Origin: Bacteroidota bacterium | GTDB taxonomy: Bacteria; Bacteroidota; Bacteroidia; Bacteroidales; UBA7960 | Direction of reading: 5' to 3' | DNA length: 64,000 bases | Assembly (NCBI GenBank): GCA_007693555.1 | Contig: REDJ01000106.1 | Coordinates: 2,496 to 66,495 of the forward strand | Shown here: positions 8,264 to 16,795 of the stretch, one piece after another | How positions within the stretch are numbered: position 1 is the first letter of the stretch | Layout of the letters: the number at the start of each line of letters is the position of its first letter | Notes under the pieces: generated by a model | Told to the model about the DNA's origin: nothing | Databases searched by the model: none | What the model saw: the letters and a program-made list of their open reading frames with translations, nothing else | Made by a program: the position numbers and the translations under genes

Positions 8264-10738
8264 TTATTCACATTTCAGTGCATCAGTAGGATTGATGTAT
8301 ATACTGCGATAGGCATGAATGCCAATGGCAAGTATAACCGTTGCCGAGATTAGCAATATGGTATGTATATAAGGACTTATTCCCACTTTCATGGAAAAGG
8401 CAAATTCCTGAACCCATCTTTCCAGTGCAAGATAACCCAGGGTTATTCCGGTGAAGCATGCAATTACCATCAAAACAGAATACGTACGGAAGAATTCAAG
8501 GAAAATATCTGTCCCCCCTGCACCCATAACTTTTCGGATACCGATTTCAGCTCTGCGCTGTTCCATATTGTAGGCGGTAATCCCATAAATACCCAGGAAC
8601 GATATGACGATACACATCCATGCAAAATAGCCGAAGAACCGGCTGATTTTTCTTTGATTTGCAAAAAAATCATTTACAACATCCTCTATGAAATAAAACT
8701 CAAGGGGATTAGCCGGATTAAATTCGCTCCAAAGGTTTCTGACCATTTCTGTTTGCTTCTGGCGATTGCTGTTTTGAAACCTTACTGTCAGGTAATTGGG
8801 CAGAGAAAGCGCAGGGATTATGATCATGGGCTGCACCGGTTCATTGAGCAATGCATAATGCACATCATCCATTACACCCAAAATTGTGCGTTGGGCACGC
8901 ATACGACCCTCAAGAAACTGAAAATGGGTTGTAACTGTTTTTCCCACAGGGTCTTCAAGGTTCATTGCCCTTGCAAATGCCTGGTTGATAAATACTCCTT
9001 TGCCCCTGTCAAGTAAGCCCGGATCAATTTGACCTTCTTCTCCTGTTATGGTTAAACCCATCAGATCCAGGTAATCTCCTTTAGTTTGCACTGTATTGAA
9101 TGACCTTACGACAGGTTTGCCATCTATGACCATCATAAGTGTATTTTTTACCGGAAAACTGGAAAAAACATAATTGGTTTTTGCAGTTCTGAGTATTTCT
9201 GGTTGATCTTTAAACAGACTGTCAAGCCTGTTTGCGTTCAGTTTTGAATACCGGTCATTGAGTTCAATAACACCAATATTATGGTAATTGTAGCCGGTAT
9301 CCATTTCTTCCATATGCCTGAGTTGCTGGTAAACCAGGAATGAGACAGATATCATGAATGCCGCAATGGTGAATTGTATGGTAACCAGTATTCTTTTGAA
9401 AAGGATTGTACGCCTGCCTGCCTTTATCTGCTTCATCAATAACCGCTGCACAGGAGTGCGCGCGAAATATGCAGCGGGAAAAAGTCCTGAAAGTAATGCT
9501 GTCAGAAGAAAAACGGAAAACATGATCAAAACTGTCATCAGATCTTCCTTTTTCAGGATACTCAGGTTGATTGTAAGAAACTCATTGATAGAGGGCAGTA
9601 GCAGTTCAATGAACAGCAAGCCTGTAATCAATCCAAGGAAGGCTGTTATAAATGATTCTGTAAAAAAGGAAACAAAAAGCTGTTTACTACCACTTCCCAG
9701 TACCTTTACTATTGCCATCTCTTTTCTTCGTTTGCTGAGGTGGCTAATTGCAATATTGGTGTAATTGATTGAAGCAACCAGAATCAGAAACAATGCAATG
9801 ACAAAAAAAATACTTACCATTTGCCGGTTCATTACCTGCAGATGTATCTTTTCGGTGCTCCGGTCATACAGCAGATCATCATCAGTATGGATATTTTTCA
9901 GCGATTGGAAAAACGGTTGAATATCCATCTGATGCTTTTCTTTCAGGGGTAAAATATACTTTTCATGAAACCTGGGCCAGTTTTTCAGGGTAAACTCTTT
10001 TGGGTCAAATCCCGGGTGAACCTTGAGATAAGACCATACGATGGTACTCCCCTGAGTGTTTTCGATAACCGGCCAGTTGACTCCAGGTCCGAAAGCCCTT
10101 GAAAAAAGCATTTCAAGCTGATAAAGGGTTGAAATTGAGAACAGCCCCTCAAAATGGAAATGGGTGTTAATGGGGGAATCTTCAACCACTGCTGTTACTT
10201 TAAAATGACCTGCATCATCAACCCGAATGGTTTGTCCTTCAGCCGGTGCGTTCCCAAAAATTTTCCTTGCAAGGCTTTCGGTAAGCACGATTGAAAAGGG
10301 TTCGGTAAGTGCATTTTCTGCATTCCCTTCAACAAACCTGTAAGAGAAAAAATCAAAAAATGTAGAATCAACGGCAAATATATCTCTTTCATAAAAGGCC
10401 TTTTCATCCACCCTGTAAATGATATCCCTGAGAAAGAAGTTGGCATGGAAAATCCGCAGAAATGATTCAAATTCGGAAAATTCATTAACCATTGCAGGTG
10501 CAAGTGCTGCTGAGCTTACAGCATAAACTTCCTTTTGTTCAAGAATCTGAAGATCGGTGCCTACCCGGAAAATGCGATCAGCATTATCATGCCAGTGATC
10601 ATAGGTGGTTTCAAAACGCAGGAACAGCAGGATCAGTATTGCGCTGGCCATACCAAGGGCAAGCCCGGAAATATTCACTATAGTGTAAACCTTTTCCCTG
10701 GCAAGTCGGCGTACAATGATCTTTAAAAACGATTTCAA
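8264..10738 (-). CDS. ABC transporter permease, FtsX/MacB-like (duplicated 4-TM modules with large periplasmic domains)
   Basis: The N-terminus (LKIIVRRLAREKVYTIVNISGLALGMA) is typical of the ~800-aa Bacteroidota FtsX-like permeases. Two FtsX TM bundles are present (aa ~300-440 and ~690-824). Confidence 0.85.
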   Translation of the reverse strand: MKSFLKIIVRRLAREKVYTIVNISGLALGMASAILILLFLRFETTYDHWHDNADRIFRVGTDLQILEQKEVYAVSSAALAPAMVNEFSEFESFLRIFHANFFLRDIIYRVDEKAFYERDIFAVDSTFFDFFSYRFVEGNAENALTEPFSIVLTESLARKIFGNAPAEGQTIRVDDAGHFKVTAVVEDSPINTHFHFEGLFSISTLYQLEMLFSRAFGPGVNWPVIENTQGSTIVWSYLKVHPGFDPKEFTLKNWPRFHEKYILPLKEKHQMDIQPFFQSLKNIHTDDDLLYDRSTEKIHLQVMNRQMVSIFFVIALFLILVASINYTNIAISHLSKRRKEMAIVKVLGSGSKQLFVSFFTESFITAFLGLITGLLFIELLLPSINEFLTINLSILKKEDLMTVLIMFSVFLLTALLSGLFPAAYFARTPVQRLLMKQIKAGRRTILFKRILVTIQFTIAAFMISVSFLVYQQLRHMEEMDTGYNYHNIGVIELNDRYSKLNANRLDSLFKDQPEILRTAKTNYVFSSFPVKNTLMMVIDGKPVVRSFNTVQTKGDYLDLMGLTITGEEGQIDPGLLDRGKGVFINQAFARAMNLEDPVGKTVTTHFQFLEGRMRAQRTILGVMDDVHYALLNEPVQPMIIIPALSLPNYLTVRFQNSNRQKQTEMVRNLWSEFNPANPLEFYFIEDVVNDFFANQRKISRFFGYFAWMCIVISFLGIYGITAYNMEQRRAEIGIRKVMGAGGTDIFLEFFRTYSVLMVIACFTGITLGYLALERWVQEFAFSMKVGISPYIHTILLISATVILAIGIHAYRSIYINPTDALKCE

Positions 10739-10762
10739 CGATGTACAAGGTTATATGAAAAA

Positions 10763-10987
10763 TCAAAGCGTATCGCCATCCACAATCTGGTCAATTGTAT
10801 CTTCAGGTGATTCAAAAATCCTTCCTGCCCTGTCAAGCAATTCACGGCGGTCTTTTTCCAGTTGAATACTGTCTTCAATTTCCTGTTGGCGGCGCTCTTC
10901 TTCACTGGGCCCACAGGCAGATAAAATCATGATAAAAAAGATAAAAACGAAGATATTTGCAAAAGAAATCAGTTTTTTCATTGTCAC
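10763..10987 (-). CDS. small lipoprotein (74 aa), hypothetical
   Basis: Signal peptide with lipobox LSAC followed by a charged helical tail. It lies 24 nt upstream of the FtsX-like gene on the same strand. Confidence 0.5.
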   Translation of the reverse strand: MTMKKLISFANIFVFIFFIMILSACGPSEEERRQQEIEDSIQLEKDRRELLDRAGRIFESPEDTIDQIVDGDTL

Positions 10988-11085
10988 TTCTTTATAAATT
11001 CATGAATAACTTTTCTATATAATTTAAACTGGCATGCTAAGATAAATAAAACCAAAATAAATTTAAGCTAACTCATTTATAATTA

Positions 11086-11124
11086 AATAAAAAAACCGGC
11101 CTGGAAAATCAATTTCCGGGCCGG
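11086..11124 (-). terminator. rho-independent terminator after the DUF4382-like gene
   Basis: On the minus strand: ccggcccggaaa-uugau-uuuccaggccgg (11 of 12 bp paired) followed by a U-run. It lies 30 nt past the stop at 11154. Confidence 0.6.
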
Positions 11125-11153
11125 GAGCTATATGTTAGTGGCATTACAGAGAG

Positions 11154-12137
11154 TTACTTGCCTTCATCGTCCTCACCATTTTCGTCATCTTCATCATCAC
11201 CATTTTCGTCATCTTCATCATCTTCCGGATAAAAATCATCAAGATCAATATCCACTAAGGTAACCTCATTGGCTTCAACAGTAATATTCTCTACTATTCC
11301 TAAAACCTGGTTGAAATCACCATCAAGATTAAGAACAATTACAAGATCATACGATACAGGTGCAAGGAAAGCCAGATAATAGTGTCCTTCTTCATCTACC
11401 GGATCACTTACAACAGCATTGGGAAAACGTGGGTTTTCAGGCTCAGGATCGGCAGCTTCATCTTCAGTATAAATACCTTCTTCATAAGCATAAATTACAA
11501 TCTGATGATCTTCCCGGATATTGAATACATCACCTGCAATAGCACCTGACTGGTCGTCAATAATCAGACGTATAGTAGGCTTCAGAATATATTTACCCGA
11601 ATTACCTGCCTTTACAACTGACTTACGTACATCAAAATCGGCTGTTACTGAAACCGTGCCATTGGCAGGTACAGTAAACTGGCCAACTGCTTTATAACCG
11701 GACTGAGCTCCACTGGGAACAAAAAGAGGCACTTCTGTACCATCTTCAAATTCCAACCAGCAGCCTGGGTTGGAATGGCTGCCTCCACCCATTTGTGGTG
11801 CTTCAAGCATAAATCTTAACTGGGTATATGTACCTGCCTCCATTTCAAAAAATCCTAATAAGTCTGTTTCTCCACGAGTCAGATCCAACAGATTATAAAC
11901 CTGGGGTCCTTCGAAATCTTCAAAACTATTCCAACCACTTTCCTGGGTATGATACTGAACATCTATAAATGTGATATATACGCCGGTAATACCATCTGTA
12001 TCAATAGGCGAGTCAGTAATTGAAAGCTTCAGGATTCCGTTTCCATCGGCGATATCATTGGTTTCTTTTTCACAGGCAGAGAAGAGAAATACGAGCAACC
12101 CTGTTATTGTCAAAATAAAACTAAGTTTCTTCATCAT
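11154..12137 (-). CDS. DUF4382-like lipoprotein with acidic C-terminal tail
   Basis: Lipobox FSAC. The segment GILKLSITDSPIDTDGITGVYITFIDVQY resembles DUF4382 N-termini. The tail is DDFYPEDDEDDENGDDEDDENGEDDEGK. Confidence 0.6.
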   Translation of the reverse strand: MMKKLSFILTITGLLVFLFSACEKETNDIADGNGILKLSITDSPIDTDGITGVYITFIDVQYHTQESGWNSFEDFEGPQVYNLLDLTRGETDLLGFFEMEAGTYTQLRFMLEAPQMGGGSHSNPGCWLEFEDGTEVPLFVPSGAQSGYKAVGQFTVPANGTVSVTADFDVRKSVVKAGNSGKYILKPTIRLIIDDQSGAIAGDVFNIREDHQIVIYAYEEGIYTEDEAADPEPENPRFPNAVVSDPVDEEGHYYLAFLAPVSYDLVIVLNLDGDFNQVLGIVENITVEANEVTLVDIDLDDFYPEDDEDDENGDDEDDENGEDDEGK

Positions 12138-12215
12138 AATTCAAAGTTTTTGGTTAAACATTTTTACAGTCTGTAACTCAAAGACGGTAAAAGCCGGAAG
12201 AAGGTTGGAAAGAAA

Positions 12216-13430
12216 TCAATAAAATGAGTAAGAAATTGAAAATGAGAGATTAAAAGATGCATTATGTGTCCTGTTCAGGTAATATGGTATGTTTTCATTA
12301 CCTGAAAAAATATTAATCATACCCATTTTAACAAACACTCCGGGAGTAAAAATAAGACGCCCACCCAATGGTACAGGATATTCATAACCCAGAATTAATC
12401 CATAATCCAGATTTTCATATTCACTGTCCACGTATTGTGAAAAGCCATTGATCACCTGGGTAGCTTGCTGCATCAGACCTGTGTATGCACCGGCCAGCAG
12501 GTAATGTGGTTGTAAATTGCTTCCTGCATTATATCTGGCAAGCAGCTTCAACATATAGTAATCCAGGATGAGATCATTTGATACGAAATTACCACTGATA
12601 TATTCCCTGTAAGTCTGGCGATTGCGGCTCACCCATAAAAACTCACCTCTGAGTCCCAATCGGTTAGTGACCCCCATACCCATGTGTATGCCGAAGTTGC
12701 TGCCAAAAGAAGGATCGGTAAAGGTTAGTTCATCACTTTTCAAACCTGTAAAAGTTTTATCGTTCAGCAGCCAGGTATTGGCTAAATGGCCGGTAAAACC
12801 AATAAAAACGGATGAGTGAATGGACCCGGCCCAAACAGCATCCCCTGTGTAAGACATAATTTCTTGATTGCCCAAATTCGAGGGGTTATAGCTAATCGTT
12901 TTAAAAGTTTCATTATGTATTTGCAAATCAGCCAAAAGCATGGGAATAGATACAGGAGTATGATCAGCCTTCAAAATAAAAGAGTCAACCGGGTGAGTTT
13001 CATATTCGGGGTATATGGCAGGCAATTGAGCTTCAATAATGGCGTGATATTCAGTCTCATCCTGAACAAAAGCTGTCAAAACTTCCTGATTAGAACTCAA
13101 ATCTGGGTATTCAATTTCATCTTCCTCTTCATTTTCATCTGTGAATTGCTCAGCTTCGGGTTCTAGAATGACAAGCGGCTGAGTATCATGTATACTGTAT
13201 GTGGATAAAATATACCACAAACCCAAAGTGGACACGGTAAGAAAAAGCGTTGCAGCAATAGCAAAGGCTGCAATACGCTTTTTCTTAGTTGCCTGATTAC
13301 TTAGGGAGGTATCAATCCGTGTCCATACTGTATCCACATCCAGGTGGTTCTGAATTTCTTCCCAGACTACCTCCGGTGGAGATTCGTTATTGGATTCAAC
13401 AATATTTTTATACCATTTGTTGATTTTCAT
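12216..13430 (-). CDS. anti-sigma-like membrane protein with C-terminal outer-membrane beta-barrel-like domain
   Basis: It lies 13 nt downstream of the ECF sigma gene. A short cytoplasmic N-terminus is followed by one TM helix (IAAFAIAATLFLTVSTLGLWYIL) and an acidic linker. The C-terminal ~200 aa show an alternating-hydrophobic strand pattern ending in FSISYSFY. Confidence 0.6.
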   Translation of the reverse strand: MKINKWYKNIVESNNESPPEVVWEEIQNHLDVDTVWTRIDTSLSNQATKKKRIAAFAIAATLFLTVSTLGLWYILSTYSIHDTQPLVILEPEAEQFTDENEEEDEIEYPDLSSNQEVLTAFVQDETEYHAIIEAQLPAIYPEYETHPVDSFILKADHTPVSIPMLLADLQIHNETFKTISYNPSNLGNQEIMSYTGDAVWAGSIHSSVFIGFTGHLANTWLLNDKTFTGLKSDELTFTDPSFGSNFGIHMGMGVTNRLGLRGEFLWVSRNRQTYREYISGNFVSNDLILDYYMLKLLARYNAGSNLQPHYLLAGAYTGLMQQATQVINGFSQYVDSEYENLDYGLILGYEYPVPLGGRLIFTPGVFVKMGMINIFSGNENIPYYLNRTHNASFNLSFSISYSFY

Positions 13431-13443
13431 TTCAAATTTGAGT

Positions 13444-13986
13444 TTAATTTTCTTCCAGCCAACCCATAAGCAAGTGCCGGGCCCTGTTAAACTGAGATTT
13501 TGAAGTACCTTCCGAAATATTTAGCTCCTGAGCTATTTCTTTATGCGTATACCCTTCTACAGCAAAAAGATTAAAAATCATTCTGGCACCTTCCGGAAGT
13601 CGGGATATAAATTCCAGAAGTTCTTTCAATTGTATTTTTGGCAAAGCTTCATTTTCGGTGAAAGCTTTGTTTTCGAAAGGTTCTTCATGCGATATAAAGT
13701 GTTCAGAAGTATTTTTTTGTCTTAGCATGTCAATAGAAGTGTTTACTACAATTCTTCGTATCCAACCTTCAAAAGAACCCTGGCCTTTAAAGCTTTCAAT
13801 GTTATTAAAAATTTTGATAAAAGCTTCCTGAAGCATATCCTGTGCCAGTGGCCGGCTGGCCGCATAGCTCAGGCATATCCCGTACATTTTTTGAGCATAC
13901 CGGCGATAAAGAATTTCCTGGTATTGTCTCTTCCCTTCCCGGCATCCCTCAATTATTCTCTCCTCACTAAATAATTCAGTACTCAT
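13444..13986 (-). CDS. RNA polymerase ECF-type sigma-70 factor
   Basis: Region 2 (QDMLQEAFIKIF... WIRRIVVNTSID) and region 4 HTH (EGYTHKEIAQELNISEGTSKSQFNRARHLL). Confidence 0.9.
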   Translation of the reverse strand: MSTELFSEERIIEGCREGKRQYQEILYRRYAQKMYGICLSYAASRPLAQDMLQEAFIKIFNNIESFKGQGSFEGWIRRIVVNTSIDMLRQKNTSEHFISHEEPFENKAFTENEALPKIQLKELLEFISRLPEGARMIFNLFAVEGYTHKEIAQELNISEGTSKSQFNRARHLLMGWLEEN

Positions 13987-13994
13987 TATCTTAA

Positions 13995-14732
13995 TTAATC
14001 AAACACAACTGAAAATGCTTGATTCATCCTTGCAGCAATCTGGTTAAAAACCGGGCGATTATGTTTATCGCTTATTACCAGAACATTTTGTCCGTTTTCA
14101 ATAATCAGATCTGCATTGGCTAAAACAGCCGGATTTACCAGTCCGAATAATGAACCGGTATCAATATTAACCCTGGCAAATGAGGGCCTGTCCTTTCTCA
14201 AAACAATATCTTCACCTGCTCCGGTTGAACGTATAGTTATAATATCTTCAAAAACATATTCAAACCGCATATTTATTTCACCCAGCCCCGGCATAATGAA
14301 AACCCCTTCAATTTTCAGAGGAGCATACAGAGTATTTCCCAGGTGAAGAGATACATCAATCCGGTTATAGATACCCTGGGGAATGTCAAACCCTATTTCC
14401 TCCTGCATTGTGGGCTCATGTAAAATCGCAACAATGGGGTTTGCCAAATCAGAAATAAAATAAACATCTTGTCCCTGGGGTCTTTTCCCGTCAAACTCAA
14501 TTGCAGAAATTACCATTTGACCTTTATCTATTGTGAAACTAAACGGTCCCGGCGGATTTCCGTAAATATTCCCGTTTTTTAATACTGCTGCATCATTATC
14601 AATGTCAGTATAGGAAGTCATTTCAAAGCTGAAATAAACTTTAGAGGGGAGGGTGAGTTCATCTTTCTGACAGGAAACTGCCAAAACTAAAATGAAAAAT
14701 AATAAAAACCCTGTTTTATATTTTTTTCTCAT
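13995..14732 (-). CDS. hypothetical lipoprotein (245 aa), first gene of the ECF operon
   Basis: Signal peptide with lipobox LAVSC. Its stop lies 8 nt before the sigma gene start. Confidence 0.6.
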   Translation of the reverse strand: MRKKYKTGFLLFFILVLAVSCQKDELTLPSKVYFSFEMTSYTDIDNDAAVLKNGNIYGNPPGPFSFTIDKGQMVISAIEFDGKRPQGQDVYFISDLANPIVAILHEPTMQEEIGFDIPQGIYNRIDVSLHLGNTLYAPLKIEGVFIMPGLGEINMRFEYVFEDIITIRSTGAGEDIVLRKDRPSFARVNIDTGSLFGLVNPAVLANADLIIENGQNVLVISDKHNRPVFNQIAARMNQAFSVVFD

Positions 14733-14822
14733 TTCCTTAAAATTTACACTTTTGCTTTAAGACGTACAAAGTACTGAAAAGGTTGGAATAAACCCATGAT
14801 TTCCTATACTTTTTTAACAAGT

Positions 14823-14830
14823 TAAATTTG
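14823..14830 (+). promoter_or_regulatory. candidate -7 box TAAATTTG for sod
   Basis: TAnnTTTG match 60 nt upstream of the ATG at 14890. Confidence 0.35.
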
Positions 14831-14889
14831 ACAATGGCTCTCATTTTATTTAAATTCGCTAAATATGTATCATTTCAAAAAAAGCACGT

Positions 14890-15465
14890 ATGACACACAC
14901 ATTACCCGCTCTGCCGTATTCGATGAATGCGCTGGAGCCAGTTATCAGCGAGAAGACCATCAGTTTTCATTACGGAAAACATCATCAGACCTATGTTAAT
15001 AAGTTGAACGAACTGGTGGCAGGATCAGAATTTGAAAACGCCGGCCTTGAAGACATTATCATGAAGGCTGAAGGAGGAATCTTTAACAACGGAGCCCAGG
15101 TATGGAACCATACTTTCTACTGGAACTGCCTCACTCCTAAAGGCAGGGAGGAACCCGAAGGTCCGTTAATGGATGCCATAAAAAACAAATTCGGTTCTTT
15201 CGAAATGTTTAAGGAAGATTTTGCTGCTGCAGCGGCTACACAGTTTGGCTCAGGATGGGCATGGCTGGTAAAGACTGTTGGTGGCGGACTTGAAATCATC
15301 AAAACCGCTAATGCCGAAAACCCCATGCGCGACGGCCACACCCCACTGCTTACCTGCGATGTATGGGAGCACGCCTACTACCTCGACTACCAGAACCGCC
15401 GACCCGATTACGTTAAAGAATTCTGGAACATTGTGGATTGGGAAAAGGTAGAAGAAAGGTTTTAA
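14890..15465 (+). CDS. sodB: Fe/Mn superoxide dismutase
   Basis: LPALPY...[31 protein letters not shown] and [18 protein letters not shown] are diagnostic Fe/Mn-SOD motifs. Metal specificity is not decidable from sequence, so the symbol is tentative. Confidence 0.93.
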   Translation: MTHTLPALPYSMNALEPVISEKTISFHYGKHHQTYVNKLNELVAGSEFENAGLEDIIMKAEGGIFNNGAQVWNHTFYWNCLTPKGREEPEGPLMDAIKNKFGSFEMFKEDFAAAAATQFGSGWAWLVKTVGGGLEIIKTANAENPMRDGHTPLLTCDVWEHAYYLDYQNRRPDYVKEFWNIVDWEKVEERF

Positions 15466-15470
15466 TTATT

Positions 15471-15738
15471 CTATCGCTGTGCCACCCCACCGGGGTAGAT
15501 TAGCTTAGATAATTGCTCATTTTTCCTATTGATATTTTACCTCTCTGAGGTGATGCCATTTCTGAAATGCTGAGGGCAGGTCTGAAGCCCCCGGCGGGGG
15601 CAAATAGCGATAGAACATGCATGGCATTTGGGGTAAACGGGCACCCCGGAGTGGGTGCGATAGAATATGTGGAAATGCGAAGAATTGCTATGGCACCTCA
15701 CCGGGATGGATTCGCATAGATAATTACCCATTTTTTTC
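15471..15738. repeat. degenerate tandem array (~5 units, ~50-56 nt period) of hairpin-containing intergenic repeats
   Basis: The units share a GC-rich mini-palindrome followed by gcNtagaWaat. The palindromes are ccccaccgggg, gcccccggcgggggc, gcaccccggagtgggtgc and cacctcaccggga. The gcNtagaWaat motif occurs at 15503, 15607, 15657 and 15713. The first unit (15471-15525) and last unit (15688-15738) also share a ...gataattNc(c)cattttt tail. Confidence 0.6.
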
Positions 15739-15753
15739 ATCCCAAAAATCTCT

Positions 15754-15761
15754 TATATTTG
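15754..15761 (+). promoter_or_regulatory. candidate -7 box TATATTTG for the glycyl-radical operon (implies ~190-nt leader)
   Basis: This is the only TAnnTTTG match I found between the repeat array and the ATG at 15957. Confidence 0.3.
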
Positions 15762-15956
15762 TATCGAACAAAAGCGAAATGATATATTACATTTTCATAT
15801 CCAACCTTTACGGAAACAACGGCAAAGGATTGTATTCATGCTGGATTTGCTGATTCCTTAATTACTCTTTCCCAATGACCGTTAGGTTGTGCAAGGGGCA
15901 ATCTTTTCTTTTTTTCAATTTCCCGGAAACGGGCCGTATTAAAAAGTCTTCCTTCT

Positions 15957-16763
15957 ATGGAAAAGCAAATCAAGGGTTTGATATATGATATCCGTGGTTT
16001 TTCTGTCAACGACGGACCGGGCATTCGTAAAACCATCTTTCTGAAGGGTTGTCCGCTGCGCTGCTCATGGTGTCATAATCCCGAAAGCTTTGAGTTCAGT
16101 ACCCGGAAATGGCTTCGCAAAGAGCAAACCGGTTCTCATATTTTCAACAAAATGAGAATACTTGGAAAGTATTATACTGCAGATGAGATTGTTGAAGAAA
16201 TCATCACGGATGTACCTTTTTTTGAACAATCGTCAGGGGGTGTTACCCTTTCAGGTGGAGATCCACTGGCACAACCCGATTTTTCTTATGAAGTTCTGAA
16301 AAATTGTAAACAACTAAATATACATACCTGCGTGGATACTTCAGGATATGGCAACTGGCAGGATTTTCACAGAATTGCTACTGTTACCGACCTTTTTCTT
16401 TATGACCTTAAGCTTGCTGATCCGGCTCAGCACAAGAAATATACAGGGAGAGACAATAGGTCAATATTGGAAAATCTGATGAAGCTGCGCCATATGAATA
16501 GTGAAATCCACATCAGAATACCATTGGTGGAGAATATCACTGATACCCCTGAAAATCTGGATGCCATAAAAAGAATTATTACCTTCATCCCGGGGTTAAA
16601 ACGCATTGACCTTCTGCCTTATCACACCATAGCCCGTAGAAAATACCACCGAATGAATCTGCCTTATAAACATGAGAATATGCCTGAATATCCACTGGAC
16701 AAGGCAGAAAAGATTATGCTTAACTTCAGCTCGTCGGCAGAAATGGTGACCCTGGGTGGTTAG
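15957..16763 (+). CDS. glycyl-radical enzyme activating protein (radical SAM)
   Basis: FSVNDGPGIRKTIFLKGCPLRCSWCHNPE carries the CxxxCxxC cluster motif of PflA-like activases. It lies immediately upstream of the glycyl-radical enzyme gene. Confidence 0.9.
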   Translation: MEKQIKGLIYDIRGFSVNDGPGIRKTIFLKGCPLRCSWCHNPESFEFSTRKWLRKEQTGSHIFNKMRILGKYYTADEIVEEIITDVPFFEQSSGGVTLSGGDPLAQPDFSYEVLKNCKQLNIHTCVDTSGYGNWQDFHRIATVTDLFLYDLKLADPAQHKKYTGRDNRSILENLMKLRHMNSEIHIRIPLVENITDTPENLDAIKRIITFIPGLKRIDLLPYHTIARRKYHRMNLPYKHENMPEYPLDKAEKIMLNFSSSAEMVTLGG

Positions 16764-16795
16764 CTTTAATTATAATAACACCGGATAAAACGAAC

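Noticed and set aside
8363-9016. 217-aa plus-strand ORF inside the FtsX-like permease gene.
   Set aside because: Antisense shadow ORF. It is Cys/His-rich with no domain logic and overlaps a confident CDS entirely.
15471-15738. Considered whether the intergenic repeats form a CRISPR array.
   Set aside because: The repeats are degenerate, not near-identical, and have no repeat-spacer regularity with unique spacers. No cas genes are present in the window.
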